Origin: Candidatus Fermentibacteraceae bacterium
Lineage (GTDB): Bacteria > Fermentibacterota > Fermentibacteria > Fermentibacterales > JCC-6
NCBI GenBank assembly: GCA_041750285.1
Contig: JBGSZS010000016.1
Span: forward strand, 1 to 64,000
DNA length: 64,000 bases
Direction: 5' to 3'
Made by a program: the position numbers and the translations under genes. The notes beneath the pieces were generated by a model. The model saw nothing but the letters and a program-made list of their open reading frames with translations. It was not told the DNA's origin and made no database searches. Positions 45,681 to 55,839 of the stretch are shown here, in pieces (position 1 is the first letter of the stretch; every line of letters starts with the position of its first letter).

Positions 45681-48155
45681 TCAAGCCTTTGGGCTTTCAG
45701 GCTGGAACGGGTTCTCGCCGAGGGCAGCCCTCAACTCGTCCAGCATCTCATGTGCGCGGTAGGCGTTGCATTCCCCCACCTGCGGGGCAAGGCTTTCGAT
45801 GGCCGTTCTGGCGCTTCGAAGGTCACCGGTCATCTTCCAGTGCCAGTATCCCGAAGTTCCCCGGACCGAGCGCCACGGCGAGCCGGTGGAGTGCTCAAGG
45901 AGTGCATCGGGGGTCGCCAGGTCGAGAAGCGCCCTGCAGGCGGCCAGACAGACCCGGGCAGTGTCCGTGTTGGGCTGCTGGTCGAGCCCTTCACACTCAC
46001 GGACCGAGTCTTCCAGCGCGGTTGCCGCTTCTTCATACCTGCCGTGGTGCATCAGGAACAGACCGCGGTAAAGCCCGTACAGGCATGCGTTCCTTTTCCT
46101 TCCGGCCCTCTCCGCCATGTCCGAGGCTTCTGAAAGCGAAGCCAGGGCGGCTTCGCAGTCGCCCTTCCTGTCCTGCACCCTGGCGCTCAGATAAAGGGCG
46201 CTTTCCATGAGCTGGTCGGGTCCCGAACGCCTTACCAGCTCAAGCATGGTCTCGAGGCAGTCCTCGGCGTTGCCGGGTCTGTTCATGTCAAGGAAGATCC
46301 GTGTCATGTTGCCGTAGGTGGCGGCAAGGCGCAGCTGGTCACCGACCTCGGATGCCAGCCGAACCGCTTGCATGAAGGTCTCCAGCGCCTCTTCATAGCG
46401 TCCGTCCATCATCCTTGCCACACCCAGGTTCGCGGCGGCGGTCGTTGCAAGCCTGTGGTTGCCCGTCTTTTCGGCTATCCTGCCAACGCTTGCGTAACAC
46501 CGGGCCGCCTCTTCATGCAGGTTCTGCGACGAGGCGATCCCGCCCCTCGTGTTCAGGGCGTAGCAGAGGGCCTCGAGGTTGCCGCTTCGGGAGGCGGTCC
46601 GCATCAGGTCTTCGCAACCCTCCGCCGCGTCCTCCAGCATGCCGGCTTTCCTTAGGCACGATACCCTGAAGATGCTGCAGCTCTCCGCAAGCCACGTGAA
46701 ACCGTTGACCGCTGCCTTCGCCCCTGCCGCTTCAGCGGCCGCGAGCGCTTCGTGAAGCATGCCGTGGCGCGCCATGGCCCTGGCCTCGACGAGAAGCAGC
46801 CTGGTTCGCTGCCTTCTGGTCAGACCGGTTGCCTCAAGCCGTTCGACCTCCGCCCTGACATCTCCCGGTTCGGCGTTCCGGCGAAGAAGGATGAGGGAGA
46901 GTATGGCAAGCTCCGCCTCCTCGAAGGAATTCATTACACCGCTTGCCCTGCAGTCCTCCAGGGATTCAGCCAGCGCCTTCGCCCGGGGCTCGTCGCCCAT
47001 ATGGATCAGTACCTCGAGCATCAGAAGCCTGGCCTGAGTCTCGAAAGCGGGCATGGCGCCCGCCGCCGCTTCGAGGGCCTGCTCCATGAAACCGCCCTTG
47101 AAGAGGTGAATGCTTCTGTTGAGCTGTGCCTTGTGGAACTGGCCGGGACAGTGGGCAGCAACGAGGCTCCACAGATGGGCCGCCCTGGGATGGGTTGAAC
47201 CGGAGGAGCAGGTTGCGGCCTCGAGGTATGCCGACCCGGCGGAAACCTCGTCCCCGCTTCTCAGAAAGAGGTCACCGGCGAGTTTAAGGGCGCCTGGGCA
47301 CCCCTTCGCCCTGCCCGAAACGATCCGGGCTGCCCGGGAGTGGAGTTCCTTCGATTCGTCACAGGTCAGTGAATTGAGGAAATGGCTTCTTGTCGAAGCG
47401 TTCACGAACCGTGTAGGTCCCCCCCTGGTCGCGACCCAGATGCCCGACCCGTAAAGCGGGGACGGGTCCTCGTTGCACCCGGAGAGCTCGGCGGCTTCAC
47501 GGGGATCGAACATCTGACCGAAGACCGAAGCAGCCTTCACGAGTCCGAGGAGACCCGGGGGTACCGGGAGGGAGCAGGTGCGGTCCTGCCCCGAGATCCT
47601 GACCAGCCTTGCCCGGAACGGGGGTGACCCTTCCCGCATTGCGCCAAGCAGGGGCGGCAGTGCGAGGCTTCGGGGCGCGTTACTCTGGATCATTCGGATC
47701 AGTTCCAGGGTGAGCGCGCCGGTCCTGCGCAGATCCGCCGCCACCAGGAACGCGGGCATGAACCTTGCAATGGAGTCGAGCAGGCAGCACAGCGCTTCAA
47801 GGGTTTCCCGCCCGGGAACACCCGTAGAGAGGAATCGGCCGATGGCCTCGCGGTGCCTTTGAAGCCCCGCGGCCGCCTCCATCCCGCCGGCCCCGCCCCT
47901 GATGCCCAGGGAAACCGTCAGGGCCGACCAGGAGTCATGAAACGTGCCGGGATGCCCGGGCGCGCCGAACAACCTCTCCAATCCCGCCCTGATCCCGTGA
48001 TCAAGCTGGATGTCGAGCATGTCGGGCCTTCTTCTGCGGACGATGTCGAAAAGCCGTGCAGCTTCTTCAGGGCCAAGCCCGTGAAAAACAAGGGGCACGG
48101 CGCCGCCGTGGTCAAGGTGCGCAAGGGCGATTCCGGGAAGCCTGTCAGGGTTCAT
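45681..48155 (-). CDS. TPR-repeat protein with a degenerate STAND-like N-terminal region
   Basis: C-terminal TPRs (ALNTRG, AANLG, TYGNM); AASVFGQMFD winged-helix-like segment; no Walker A seen. Confidence 0.7.
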   Translation of the reverse strand: MNPDRLPGIALAHLDHGGAVPLVFHGLGPEEAARLFDIVRRRRPDMLDIQLDHGIRAGLERLFGAPGHPGTFHDSWSALTVSLGIRGGAGGMEAAAGLQRHREAIGRFLSTGVPGRETLEALCCLLDSIARFMPAFLVAADLRRTGALTLELIRMIQSNAPRSLALPPLLGAMREGSPPFRARLVRISGQDRTCSLPVPPGLLGLVKAASVFGQMFDPREAAELSGCNEDPSPLYGSGIWVATRGGPTRFVNASTRSHFLNSLTCDESKELHSRAARIVSGRAKGCPGALKLAGDLFLRSGDEVSAGSAYLEAATCSSGSTHPRAAHLWSLVAAHCPGQFHKAQLNRSIHLFKGGFMEQALEAAAGAMPAFETQARLLMLEVLIHMGDEPRAKALAESLEDCRASGVMNSFEEAELAILSLILLRRNAEPGDVRAEVERLEATGLTRRQRTRLLLVEARAMARHGMLHEALAAAEAAGAKAAVNGFTWLAESCSIFRVSCLRKAGMLEDAAEGCEDLMRTASRSGNLEALCYALNTRGGIASSQNLHEEAARCYASVGRIAEKTGNHRLATTAAANLGVARMMDGRYEEALETFMQAVRLASEVGDQLRLAATYGNMTRIFLDMNRPGNAEDCLETMLELVRRSGPDQLMESALYLSARVQDRKGDCEAALASLSEASDMAERAGRKRNACLYGLYRGLFLMHHGRYEEAATALEDSVRECEGLDQQPNTDTARVCLAACRALLDLATPDALLEHSTGSPWRSVRGTSGYWHWKMTGDLRSARTAIESLAPQVGECNAYRAHEMLDELRAALGENPFQPESPKA

Positions 48156-48417
48156 CGTACCATGGGGGACGAACCGCCCCGGGGTCTTCGATCAGAACCG
48201 TTTTCATCCGGGACTGTGCTCCGGAGATGATCACCACGTTGCCGGGCTTCGTGCCGAACTGCCCGGCGAGCCACTCCGTCAGTTCCCTGTTGGCCCTGCC
48301 GTCGACGGGCGGGGCGTTGAGTGTGATGCGTACGGTGCCGTCCGCCATGACCCCGGAAAAGCCGGTCTTCCGGCCACGGGTCACGACCTTTACGGAAATG
48401 ACGATCCTGCCGGTCAG
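48145..48417 (-). CDS. DUF167 (YggU) family protein (probable CTG start)
   Basis: [27 protein letters not shown]. The only plausible start is the CTG overlapping the Trm112 stop. Confidence 0.85.
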   Translation of the reverse strand: MTGRIVISVKVVTRGRKTGFSGVMADGTVRITLNAPPVDGRANRELTEWLAGQFGTKPGNVVIISGAQSRMKTVLIEDPGAVRPPWYDEP

Positions 48418-48593
48418 TCCCGTTCTCCCAGTATCCTGGCCTCCTCGATCAGCATCACGGGAATGTCGTCGCGGACAGGGTAGGCCAGTGCACAGCTCCG
48501 GCAAACAAGCTCCTCGGAGGGTGCGGTGATGTACTCGAGCCCGCCCTTGCACTTGGGGCAGGCCAGTATCGAAAGCAGCCTCTCGTCAACCAT
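48414..48593 (-). CDS. Trm112/YcaR family protein (59 aa; not in ORF track)
   Basis: Hand translation [21 protein letters not shown]...[33 protein letters not shown]. Confidence 0.92.
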   Translation of the reverse strand: MVDERLLSILACPKCKGGLEYITAPSEELVCRSCALAYPVRDDIPVMLIEEARILGERD

Positions 48594-48602
48594 GGAACCC
48601 TC

Positions 48603-49835
48603 CTATATCACGAAAAGCCCGTTCCTCATCACGGGCACCTCTTCGCCGCCGGGCATCACGCCGAATACGTCAACTTCGGGCGACCCGATCATGAAATCCG
48701 TGTGGACGAGGCTTGCGTTGCATCCCGTCTCCCTCAGCTGGTCATCGGACATCCCGGTGCCGCCCTTTATGGTGTCGGTGTATCCGTTGCCCAGAGCGAT
48801 GTGGCAGGAAGCGTTCTCGTCAAAAAGAATGTTGTGGAACACCCTTCCGCTTGTGTAAAGCGGCGAGTCGACGCCAACGAGGGCCACTTCCCCAAGGCGG
48901 GTCGCACCGGCGTCGGTTTCGAGATACCTGCCCAGTATCTCTCCGTTCTTTCCCGCGCCGAACTCAGTGACGGCTCCGTCCTGGAACTGGAACCAGGCAT
49001 CCTCCACCTGCGCACCCAGGACCGTAACCGGTCTGGTGCACGTCACCCGGCCTTCAGTCCTGTCCATGTGGGGCGTGCTGAAAATCTCTTCTGTGGGAAT
49101 GTTGGGGAAAAAGCGCGTGCCGTCAGAGGATACGCCGCTTCCGCCGAGGAAGAGCCTGTTGCTTTGCATGCCCACGAAAAGGTCGGTTCCGGGACCACGG
49201 AAACGTATGCCGTCGAAACACTTCCCGTTCATGAACCCCGCTCGCCTCTTGAGGTCTGCGTCGTGGTCGGTCCATGCCCTTACCGGATCGGGTCTGTCCA
49301 GGCGGAGAATGGGTGCGAGCACCTCCCAGATCGCTTCCTCCCAGTTGTCTGCGGTGCCCAGGACCTTGGCCGCCCAGCCGGGCGTGGGCATGAGGAAGAC
49401 GTTCCACGGCATCCTGTTCGAGGCAACCGCCTTCATGAACCCCTGGTATGCTTCGGAACGGGCCTTCTGCATCCTCCCCAGCCTGGCGGGGTCGACACCC
49501 TCCATGACGTCCGGGTTCTCGGGACCGCGCAGGGCAAGGCTTCGCCAGTTGTCCTGCACTATCGTGTCGAGCATGTGCCCCGTGTAACGCGGCGTATGGT
49601 CGAGGAACTCGGGACGGGTCGTCCTGTCGACCCTGATCCTCTCCAGACGGGGATCATCCATCGAGAGCTGCACGTACATCGCTCCCAGATCGTAGGCCCT
49701 TTCCGCCAGAAGCCCGGCGAACTCCCTGTGGCACGGTTCGGTCCTGATCCAGAGGACCTGCCCCTCCCCGATTCCCAGGGCTCCCCTGAGTATGACGTCG
49801 GCGCACGCCTGGTGATACCTGTCTATCTTCGTCAT
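48603..49835 (-). CDS. Aminopeptidase, family M29 (AmpS/AmpT)
   Basis: PNIPTEEIF, LGEVALV, LFDENASCHIALG, SLVHTDFMIG. Confidence 0.93.
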   Translation of the reverse strand: MTKIDRYHQACADVILRGALGIGEGQVLWIRTEPCHREFAGLLAERAYDLGAMYVQLSMDDPRLERIRVDRTTRPEFLDHTPRYTGHMLDTIVQDNWRSLALRGPENPDVMEGVDPARLGRMQKARSEAYQGFMKAVASNRMPWNVFLMPTPGWAAKVLGTADNWEEAIWEVLAPILRLDRPDPVRAWTDHDADLKRRAGFMNGKCFDGIRFRGPGTDLFVGMQSNRLFLGGSGVSSDGTRFFPNIPTEEIFSTPHMDRTEGRVTCTRPVTVLGAQVEDAWFQFQDGAVTEFGAGKNGEILGRYLETDAGATRLGEVALVGVDSPLYTSGRVFHNILFDENASCHIALGNGYTDTIKGGTGMSDDQLRETGCNASLVHTDFMIGSPEVDVFGVMPGGEEVPVMRNGLFVI

Positions 49836-49849
49836 TAGCTCTCCCCTGA

Positions 49850-50566
49850 TCAGATGAGACCCAGAAAGTCGACGGCGAGAGCCCTGTAGGGCTGCCCGCC
49901 CGTTTCCAGCAGGTCCATGAACTGAAGGCTAATCCTGACCTGGCCGAAACTCTGCCAGTACACCTCGAAGTTAAGGAAACCTCCGGTATTGTCGAACCTG
50001 TAATCGCTTGCGCCGTTGGTTCCCAGGTCCCAGTCCGCCGCGAGGCCGAAACCGGCAGGCAGGGTCTTGTCCAGCGCCATCCAGCACCCCAGGTGCTCGG
50101 GAGCCTCGAGGGATATGCTGGAACCCAGGTGGAAGGCCGTTTCGCCCAGCGGGTCCGAGAAATTCTTGCTGGCTGCGAGGTAGAAACCCCGCTCCTGTCG
50201 GTGGAACTCGCCGCCACCCCTCGGATGCTCCTCTTCGTTGTCGAAACCCACTGCCAGCGCGGGAAAGGTGCGCCGCTCGTCAAGGAAGCGGAAACGGGCT
50301 TTCAGGTAGAGCTGGTCGAACCAGTCCGGCGTTGACATCCCGGTGACGCTGTACCCTCCGTAGCCTATTCCTGCCATGAGCCTGGGCAGCATGCCCGCCT
50401 GCAGGGAAAAGGCCAGGTTGTCGGTGGGAAACGTCCGGAGAGAAATGTAAAGCGCTCTCGGGGCGACGACACCCGCCGTGGGTTCGACCACGGCGCGTAT
50501 CAGTTCCGCTCCCCGTACCGCCGGCGCCACGAAGAGCAGGGTCAGAAGCAAAAGAAGGAGTTTCAA
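49850..50566 (-). CDS. Hypothetical outer-membrane protein (YjbH-like)
   Basis: Signal peptide, PTAGV, PALAVGFD, amphipathic beta-strands; TTGA-coupled to dnaE. Confidence 0.6.
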   Translation of the reverse strand: MKLLLLLLTLLFVAPAVRGAELIRAVVEPTAGVVAPRALYISLRTFPTDNLAFSLQAGMLPRLMAGIGYGGYSVTGMSTPDWFDQLYLKARFRFLDERRTFPALAVGFDNEEEHPRGGGEFHRQERGFYLAASKNFSDPLGETAFHLGSSISLEAPEHLGCWMALDKTLPAGFGLAADWDLGTNGASDYRFDNTGGFLNFEVYWQSFGQVRISLQFMDLLETGGQPYRALAVDFLGLI

Positions 50567-53500
50567 CGCGTCCCACCTCCAAGGTACAACGACACAGTGG
50601 CGGAGTCCCCGAGAAGCTCCCTCAGACCGGTCAGCAGTTTCCTGTCCGGCTCGACCCGGAGGCTCCTCGACTCACCAACATAAAACCTTCCCGTCAATCC
50701 ACAATCCATCTCCACGAACACGGGCATCCTTCCGGGATGTTGCCTCAGGAGGTCAAGCATCCTGCCGAAGAGGGGGTTCGATACACCGTCGCCCGTCACC
50801 CTCACCCTCACCCTGACCCCGGAGAGTCTGCGCAGTTCATCGAGCGGGTCGATGCGTTCAACACAGAACCTTGCCTCGCCGCGGCCGTTCTGAACCCTGC
50901 CCTGAATGAGAAGCGGTTTTCCGGACTCGAGCCGTGAACAGCACCTCTCGAGGGCATCGGCCCATATCGTGGCCTCACACGAATCGGAAACCCCGGAAAG
51001 GGTCACGAAGGCCATCCTGCCCCGGGGGGAATCGCGGTACTTCACGGCGTCCACGGTCGCGGCCACTGCTGCCATCTGGGCTCCCCGGTACTGCATGACT
51101 GTTCCGGGGGTATGGGTGGCGTAGGCCTTGATCTCCTCGGCGTATTCATCGAGCGGGTGACCCGTGAGGTAGAAACCCAGAAGCTCCTTCTCCGCCCTAA
51201 GCATCTCATCCCTGGGCATCTCTTCCATGTCGGGAAGGGGCGGGGCAACCGGTTCCGCGCTGGGTGTCAGCCCGAAAAGCGACATCTGACCGGCTTCCCG
51301 GTGTTTCCTGCTGGCAGAAGCGTAGGTCAGCACCTTGTCCACCGATGCAAGAAGGGCCGACCTGGTCCCGGGCAGGCAATCAAGTGCTCCGGCGCTGATC
51401 AGGGATTCGATCACCTTCTTGTTCAGCCCGTTCTCGACCCTGTCGGCGAGGTCGTGTATTCCCTTGAAAACCCCACCCTCGCGTCTGGCGGCGACGATCT
51501 CGGCCGCTGGGTTCTCCCCGACGTTCTTGATGGCCTTAAGGGCATAGACGATCCTTCCCTGACGGTCAACATCGAAGGCCACGAGGCTGTCGTTGACCGA
51601 AGGCGGTCGTATCGTGAGACCCATCCTGCCGGCCTCGGACATGAGCGCGGCGAGCCTTTCGGTGCTGGATATCTCGCTGGACAGCGTTGCGGCCATGAAC
51701 TCGGCTGGGTGATGCGCCTTGAGATAGGCCGTCCAGTAGGCGATGATGGCGTAGCATACCGAATGGGACTTGTTGAAGCCGTACTCGCCGAACCTCCTTA
51801 TATGGTCGAAGATCTCGCGGGCCTTCCTCTCGGAGATGCCCCGGGACCGGGCTCCGCTGATGAATGCCTCGCCGAAGGATTCCATCTCCTCGGCGTTTTT
51901 CTTGCTTATTGCCCGCCTGAGGCTGTCCGCTTCGGCCATGCTCATGCCGGCGAACCGGTTGGCGATGTCCATGACCTGCTCCTGGTAGACTATCACGCCG
52001 TGGGTCTCGCCGAGGATCTCCTGCAGCTCGGGAATGGTGTCTTTGACGGGTCTTCCGTCCGACGCCCTTTTCTTGTTCTCGGCGTAGGCGTCGATCATGT
52101 GCATCGACCCGGGTCTGAAGATCGCCACCGCGGCGGTCACGTCATCGAACCTGTCCACCCCGATCTTGCGCAGCGCATCGCGCATCCCCGGGCTTTCCAG
52201 CTGAAAGACGCCTGCGGTCTCGACACGGTTCAGGAGATCAAGTGTCCCGGTGTCGTCGAGCGGGACCTTCTCGATGTCGAAGTCGGGCAGGGTGCGGCGG
52301 ATCATCTCCTGTGCATGATGCAGGACCGTCACGGTTCTCAGCCCCAGCACATCCAGCTTCATCAGGCCGATCTTTTCGGCCGACTTCATTTCGAACTGGG
52401 TGGTGAGCCCCTTCTCCCGGGAGAAACACAGGGGAACGAAGTCCGTCAGGTCTCCGGGTGTGATGACCACTCCCGCGGCGTGAACGCCCATGTGTCTCGC
52501 GACACCGGAAAGCTCGTCGCAGTAGCGGAAGAGGGTTGCGACACCGGGATCGGCTTCGATCTCCTGCTGGAGCCCCGGGACCTGACGGGCCACTGCCTCG
52601 AGGGATGTGTCCTGCTCGGGGGCGGTTGCCACGAGTTTCGACAGCCGGTCACCGGTTTCGTAGGGCATGCCCATCACCCTGGCCACGTCACGGACGGCTG
52701 CCCTGTTCTTCATCCTGTTGAATGAGACGATCTGGCAGACCCGGTTCTGCCCGTACTTCTCCACTATGTGCGCTATCACTTCGCCGCGGCGCTCGTAGCA
52801 AACGTCCATATCGATGTCGGGCATCTGTTTCCGGGCCGGGTTCAGGAACCGTTCGAAGCTGAGGCCGTAGTTCAGCGGATTCACGTCGGTAATGCCGATC
52901 GCCCAGGAGACAAGGCTGCCCGCGGCGCTTCCCCTTCCCGGACCCAGAGGGATCCCCTGCTTGCGGGCCCAGCGGGCAAGTTCCGACACGATCAGGAAGT
53001 ACCCCGGGAAACCCATGCTGCCAACAACATTGAGTTCGTACTCGAGCCTCTCGGTCTCGGGGCCTTCGGGATCGCGTCCGAGCCTCTCCCTGAGGCCGTT
53101 GACCGCAAGACACCTCAGGTGGCTGTTGAGGCTCTCCTCTCCCGGGGGAAGGGGGAAATCGGGCAGCAGAAAGCCTCCCTTGGAGAAGCTGAAGCTGCAC
53201 TGCTCGGCAATGGCGACGGTGTTCGTCACCGCTTCGGGGATCCAGGAGAAGAGCAGGGCCATCTCATCCGGCGTCTTCACATAGAATTCGGTGGTCCCGA
53301 ACCTCATCCGGCCGGGATCACTGAGGGTCTTCTTGGTCTGAAGGCAGAGCAGGACCTCATGAACCTCGGCGTGTTCACGCTTCAGGTAATGTGCATCGTT
53401 CGTGGCGACGGGAAGGGCGCCCGTCTCCCGGGCGATCTCCGCGAGGCCGGCCAGTATGTTCTTCTCCTCCGCAAGACCGTGGTCCATGAGTTCGATGAAG

Positions 53501-54021
53501 AACCGGTCCCTTCCCACCAGGTCCTGGTAGAAACGGACGGTTTCTATCGCTTCGGCCTTTCTGCCGCGGGTGAGATGAAAGGCGACCTCCCCCTGGAGAC
53601 ATGCTGAACCAATGACAAGCCCCCGATGGTACTGTGCAAGTATCTCGCGGTCGATCCGGGGCTTCCGGTAGAAACCCTCGGTCCAACCAAGGCTCGAGAG
53701 CCTGCAGAGGTTCCTGTAGCCCTCCTCGTCAGCCGCCAGAAGTGTCAGGTGACGGATGCCCTCGCCGGATTCGTCCGTTCTGTCGTGGCGGCTGCCCGGG
53801 GTGATGTAGGCCTCCATGCCCACGATGGGCGTCACCCCGTGGTTCTTCATCACATCGGAGAAGTGAACGGCGCCATAGAGGCTTCCGTGATCGGTGACGG
53901 CCACCGTGTCCATGCCGCTTTCCCGGAGGAAAGGCCCGAGCTTCTCGAACCTTATTGCGCCGTCGAGAAGGCTGTACTCCGAATGGAGGTGAAGGTGAAC
54001 GAACCGGGGCGAGTCACTCAT
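50563..54021 (-). CDS. dnaE: DNA polymerase III alpha subunit
   Basis: HLHLHSEYSLLDG, TDHG, GRGSAAGS, FERFLNP, PDIDMD, KLDVLGL, YQEQVM, YGFNKSHS; no intein. Confidence 0.97.
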   Translation of the reverse strand: MSDSPRFVHLHLHSEYSLLDGAIRFEKLGPFLRESGMDTVAVTDHGSLYGAVHFSDVMKNHGVTPIVGMEAYITPGSRHDRTDESGEGIRHLTLLAADEEGYRNLCRLSSLGWTEGFYRKPRIDREILAQYHRGLVIGSACLQGEVAFHLTRGRKAEAIETVRFYQDLVGRDRFFIELMDHGLAEEKNILAGLAEIARETGALPVATNDAHYLKREHAEVHEVLLCLQTKKTLSDPGRMRFGTTEFYVKTPDEMALLFSWIPEAVTNTVAIAEQCSFSFSKGGFLLPDFPLPPGEESLNSHLRCLAVNGLRERLGRDPEGPETERLEYELNVVGSMGFPGYFLIVSELARWARKQGIPLGPGRGSAAGSLVSWAIGITDVNPLNYGLSFERFLNPARKQMPDIDMDVCYERRGEVIAHIVEKYGQNRVCQIVSFNRMKNRAAVRDVARVMGMPYETGDRLSKLVATAPEQDTSLEAVARQVPGLQQEIEADPGVATLFRYCDELSGVARHMGVHAAGVVITPGDLTDFVPLCFSREKGLTTQFEMKSAEKIGLMKLDVLGLRTVTVLHHAQEMIRRTLPDFDIEKVPLDDTGTLDLLNRVETAGVFQLESPGMRDALRKIGVDRFDDVTAAVAIFRPGSMHMIDAYAENKKRASDGRPVKDTIPELQEILGETHGVIVYQEQVMDIANRFAGMSMAEADSLRRAISKKNAEEMESFGEAFISGARSRGISERKAREIFDHIRRFGEYGFNKSHSVCYAIIAYWTAYLKAHHPAEFMAATLSSEISSTERLAALMSEAGRMGLTIRPPSVNDSLVAFDVDRQGRIVYALKAIKNVGENPAAEIVAARREGGVFKGIHDLADRVENGLNKKVIESLISAGALDCLPGTRSALLASVDKVLTYASASRKHREAGQMSLFGLTPSAEPVAPPLPDMEEMPRDEMLRAEKELLGFYLTGHPLDEYAEEIKAYATHTPGTVMQYRGAQMAAVAATVDAVKYRDSPRGRMAFVTLSGVSDSCEATIWADALERCCSRLESGKPLLIQGRVQNGRGEARFCVERIDPLDELRRLSGVRVRVRVTGDGVSNPLFGRMLDLLRQHPGRMPVFVEMDCGLTGRFYVGESRSLRVEPDRKLLTGLRELLGDSATVSLYLGGGTR

Positions 54022-55148
54022 CGGCCGTCCCGGGATTCGTCTCCGGCCTGGTCAGCGGACCCGTAACGCTTCTCGAACTCCCTGAACTCCTCGTCGTCGG
54101 CCCTCAGCAGAAGGTCTTCCCCATCCTTCGCTTTCCGCACCGCGAGGTAGCACAGAGTCCAGAACGAGGCGCAGCTGGAAAGCCAGAACGAAACGATGAC
54201 AAGCGCCGCCGCCACACCGGAAAGGCCTGCCAGCCAGCCGGCGGCCCCCAGCCAGGGAGTCGCGCCGCCCTGAAGGCTGCCCAGGGGCGCAAGGAATGAG
54301 CCGTACTGGGAGACGAGCTGCGGGGCGGCAAGGTTCATCCCGCCCAGCATGGAAGTGACAAGACCATGACTGCCCATTCCCGCTCCGACCCCAAGGTCGA
54401 CAAGGGCCATGGCCCCGCGGGCGAAGGCGACGAACAGCACAAGGGCCGCACCCCGTGCGAGAAGCCCGGTCAGCGTGTAAAGCACGATTCGTGCCGGCTG
54501 CGACGTTATCGAGCTGAAGAGCTCGAAGAGGGTTTCAAAGGTGTCCCCCCTCGTGCAGGCAGTGATCGCGGGAACCATGGGAACGGCCATGACAAGAGCC
54601 ACGGCGGCGAGCACGCCGAAGAGCGAAAGCCCCCATGCGGGAACCGCCAGGATTCCCAGAATGATCGGACCGACGCCTGGAATCCTTCCGAAAAGCCCGA
54701 AAACGAAGAGTTTGAGGAGCAGTATGGAAAGCCCGGCAAGCACTGCCACTGGAACCATGAGAAGCGGTTTCCAGTTCGCGCGGTGGAAGATAAGCGCATC
54801 GCGGCCGCTGTAGAAGCCGTCACCCCTTATCTGTTCGAAGGTTATGCGGCTGACCTTCTGAAAAGCGCTCATGATTATCCAGACGCAACCCAGCAATGCG
54901 GCGGCCATGAAGACCATGGCCACGGTGCTTTCCAGGAAGAGCCCCTCGGGGACAGGAAAGAGCCTCGACGCCTGCCAGCGTCCGGCCATTGAATCCCCCG
55001 CGGCGAAGAATCCGAGGTAGATCATCCCGGCCCAGAGAAGCCAGGATAGAACGAGCGCCTTCCATACCACCCAGAGGTTCCTGGCGCTCAGACCGTGCTT
55101 GACCGAAAGAACCATGTCCCGAATGTCGAAACGGAGTTTGTGAACCAC
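54018..55148 (-). CDS. Hypothetical integral membrane protein
   Basis: Multiple TM helices; GTG 55148 after GGAGG. Confidence 0.75.
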   Translation of the reverse strand: MVHKLRFDIRDMVLSVKHGLSARNLWVVWKALVLSWLLWAGMIYLGFFAAGDSMAGRWQASRLFPVPEGLFLESTVAMVFMAAALLGCVWIIMSAFQKVSRITFEQIRGDGFYSGRDALIFHRANWKPLLMVPVAVLAGLSILLLKLFVFGLFGRIPGVGPIILGILAVPAWGLSLFGVLAAVALVMAVPMVPAITACTRGDTFETLFELFSSITSQPARIVLYTLTGLLARGAALVLFVAFARGAMALVDLGVGAGMGSHGLVTSMLGGMNLAAPQLVSQYGSFLAPLGSLQGGATPWLGAAGWLAGLSGVAAALVIVSFWLSSCASFWTLCYLAVRKAKDGEDLLLRADDEEFREFEKRYGSADQAGDESRDGR

Positions 55149-55149
55149 G

Positions 55150-55839
55150 TCAATCCTCCCTGCCTGCGGTTTCCCGTTCTTCTTCTCCGGGTCGTAACAT
55201 ACTTCCGGTCCCGGTTTCACGGAAGTTCACGGCAAGACACACCACTTCCGAGGCCCCGCCGGCCAAAAGGGCAAGGCGTGCGTGCGCAATGGTTTCCCCG
55301 GTGGCCCTTACATCGTCGAGAAGCCAGATGCGCCCGGGGGGCGCCTTCGAGGGGGCACTGAAAACCCCGGACAGGTTGTGCCTTCTCTCAACTGCGGTAA
55401 GACCCACCTGGCTGGGACCGGGATTGCGGACGAGAAGCTCCTTGAAACGCCCTCCCGTGAGGGTGCACACACGGCGGGCGATTAGGTTGACCTGGTTGTA
55501 TCCCCGTCTGCGGAGGGTGCGCCGGGAAGATGGAACGCATGTGACGGTCTCACCCGGGGAGGGAAGCCTCTCCCACTCTCCAACAGCCATCTCAGCGAGA
55601 ACGGCGCCGAGATGTCTCTCGCCCGAGTATTTGAGGCGTATCATCATCTCCCTCATGACCCCCGAGTGAAGGAAGGCCGCCGGACGGGGAGAATCGCCCC
55701 GGAAGGGAACGGGGTGGACCCTGGCCAGACACCACGGGCACAGTCTGGAACCCGGTGCGGGAGACCTTTCGGAACAGCCCGGACAAAGGTCCCGGAAGAA
55801 CAGGCCTATGATCTTTTTCGATGCGAGATGTAGAGCCAT
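55150..55839 (-). CDS. comF: ComF family phosphoribosyltransferase-like protein
   Basis: CPGC/CPWC zinc ribbon, LKY, RRRGYNQ, LLDDVRATGETI. Start approximate. Confidence 0.85.
   Translation of the reverse strand: MALHLASKKIIGLFFRDLCPGCSERSPAPGSRLCPWCLARVHPVPFRGDSPRPAAFLHSGVMREMMIRLKYSGERHLGAVLAEMAVGEWERLPSPGETVTCVPSSRRTLRRRGYNQVNLIARRVCTLTGGRFKELLVRNPGPSQVGLTAVERRHNLSGVFSAPSKAPPGRIWLLDDVRATGETIAHARLALLAGGASEVVCLAVNFRETGTGSMLRPGEEERETAGRED

Noticed and set aside
20866..52725. Long antisense or alternative-frame ORFs (e.g. 20866-22062, 31482-32663, 48702-49838, 51112-52725)
   Set aside because: Shadow ORFs of well-supported genes in GC-rich DNA, with no motifs or RBS.
50563..54021. Intein or split in dnaE
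   Set aside because: Normal length, continuous motifs, and no intein signature.
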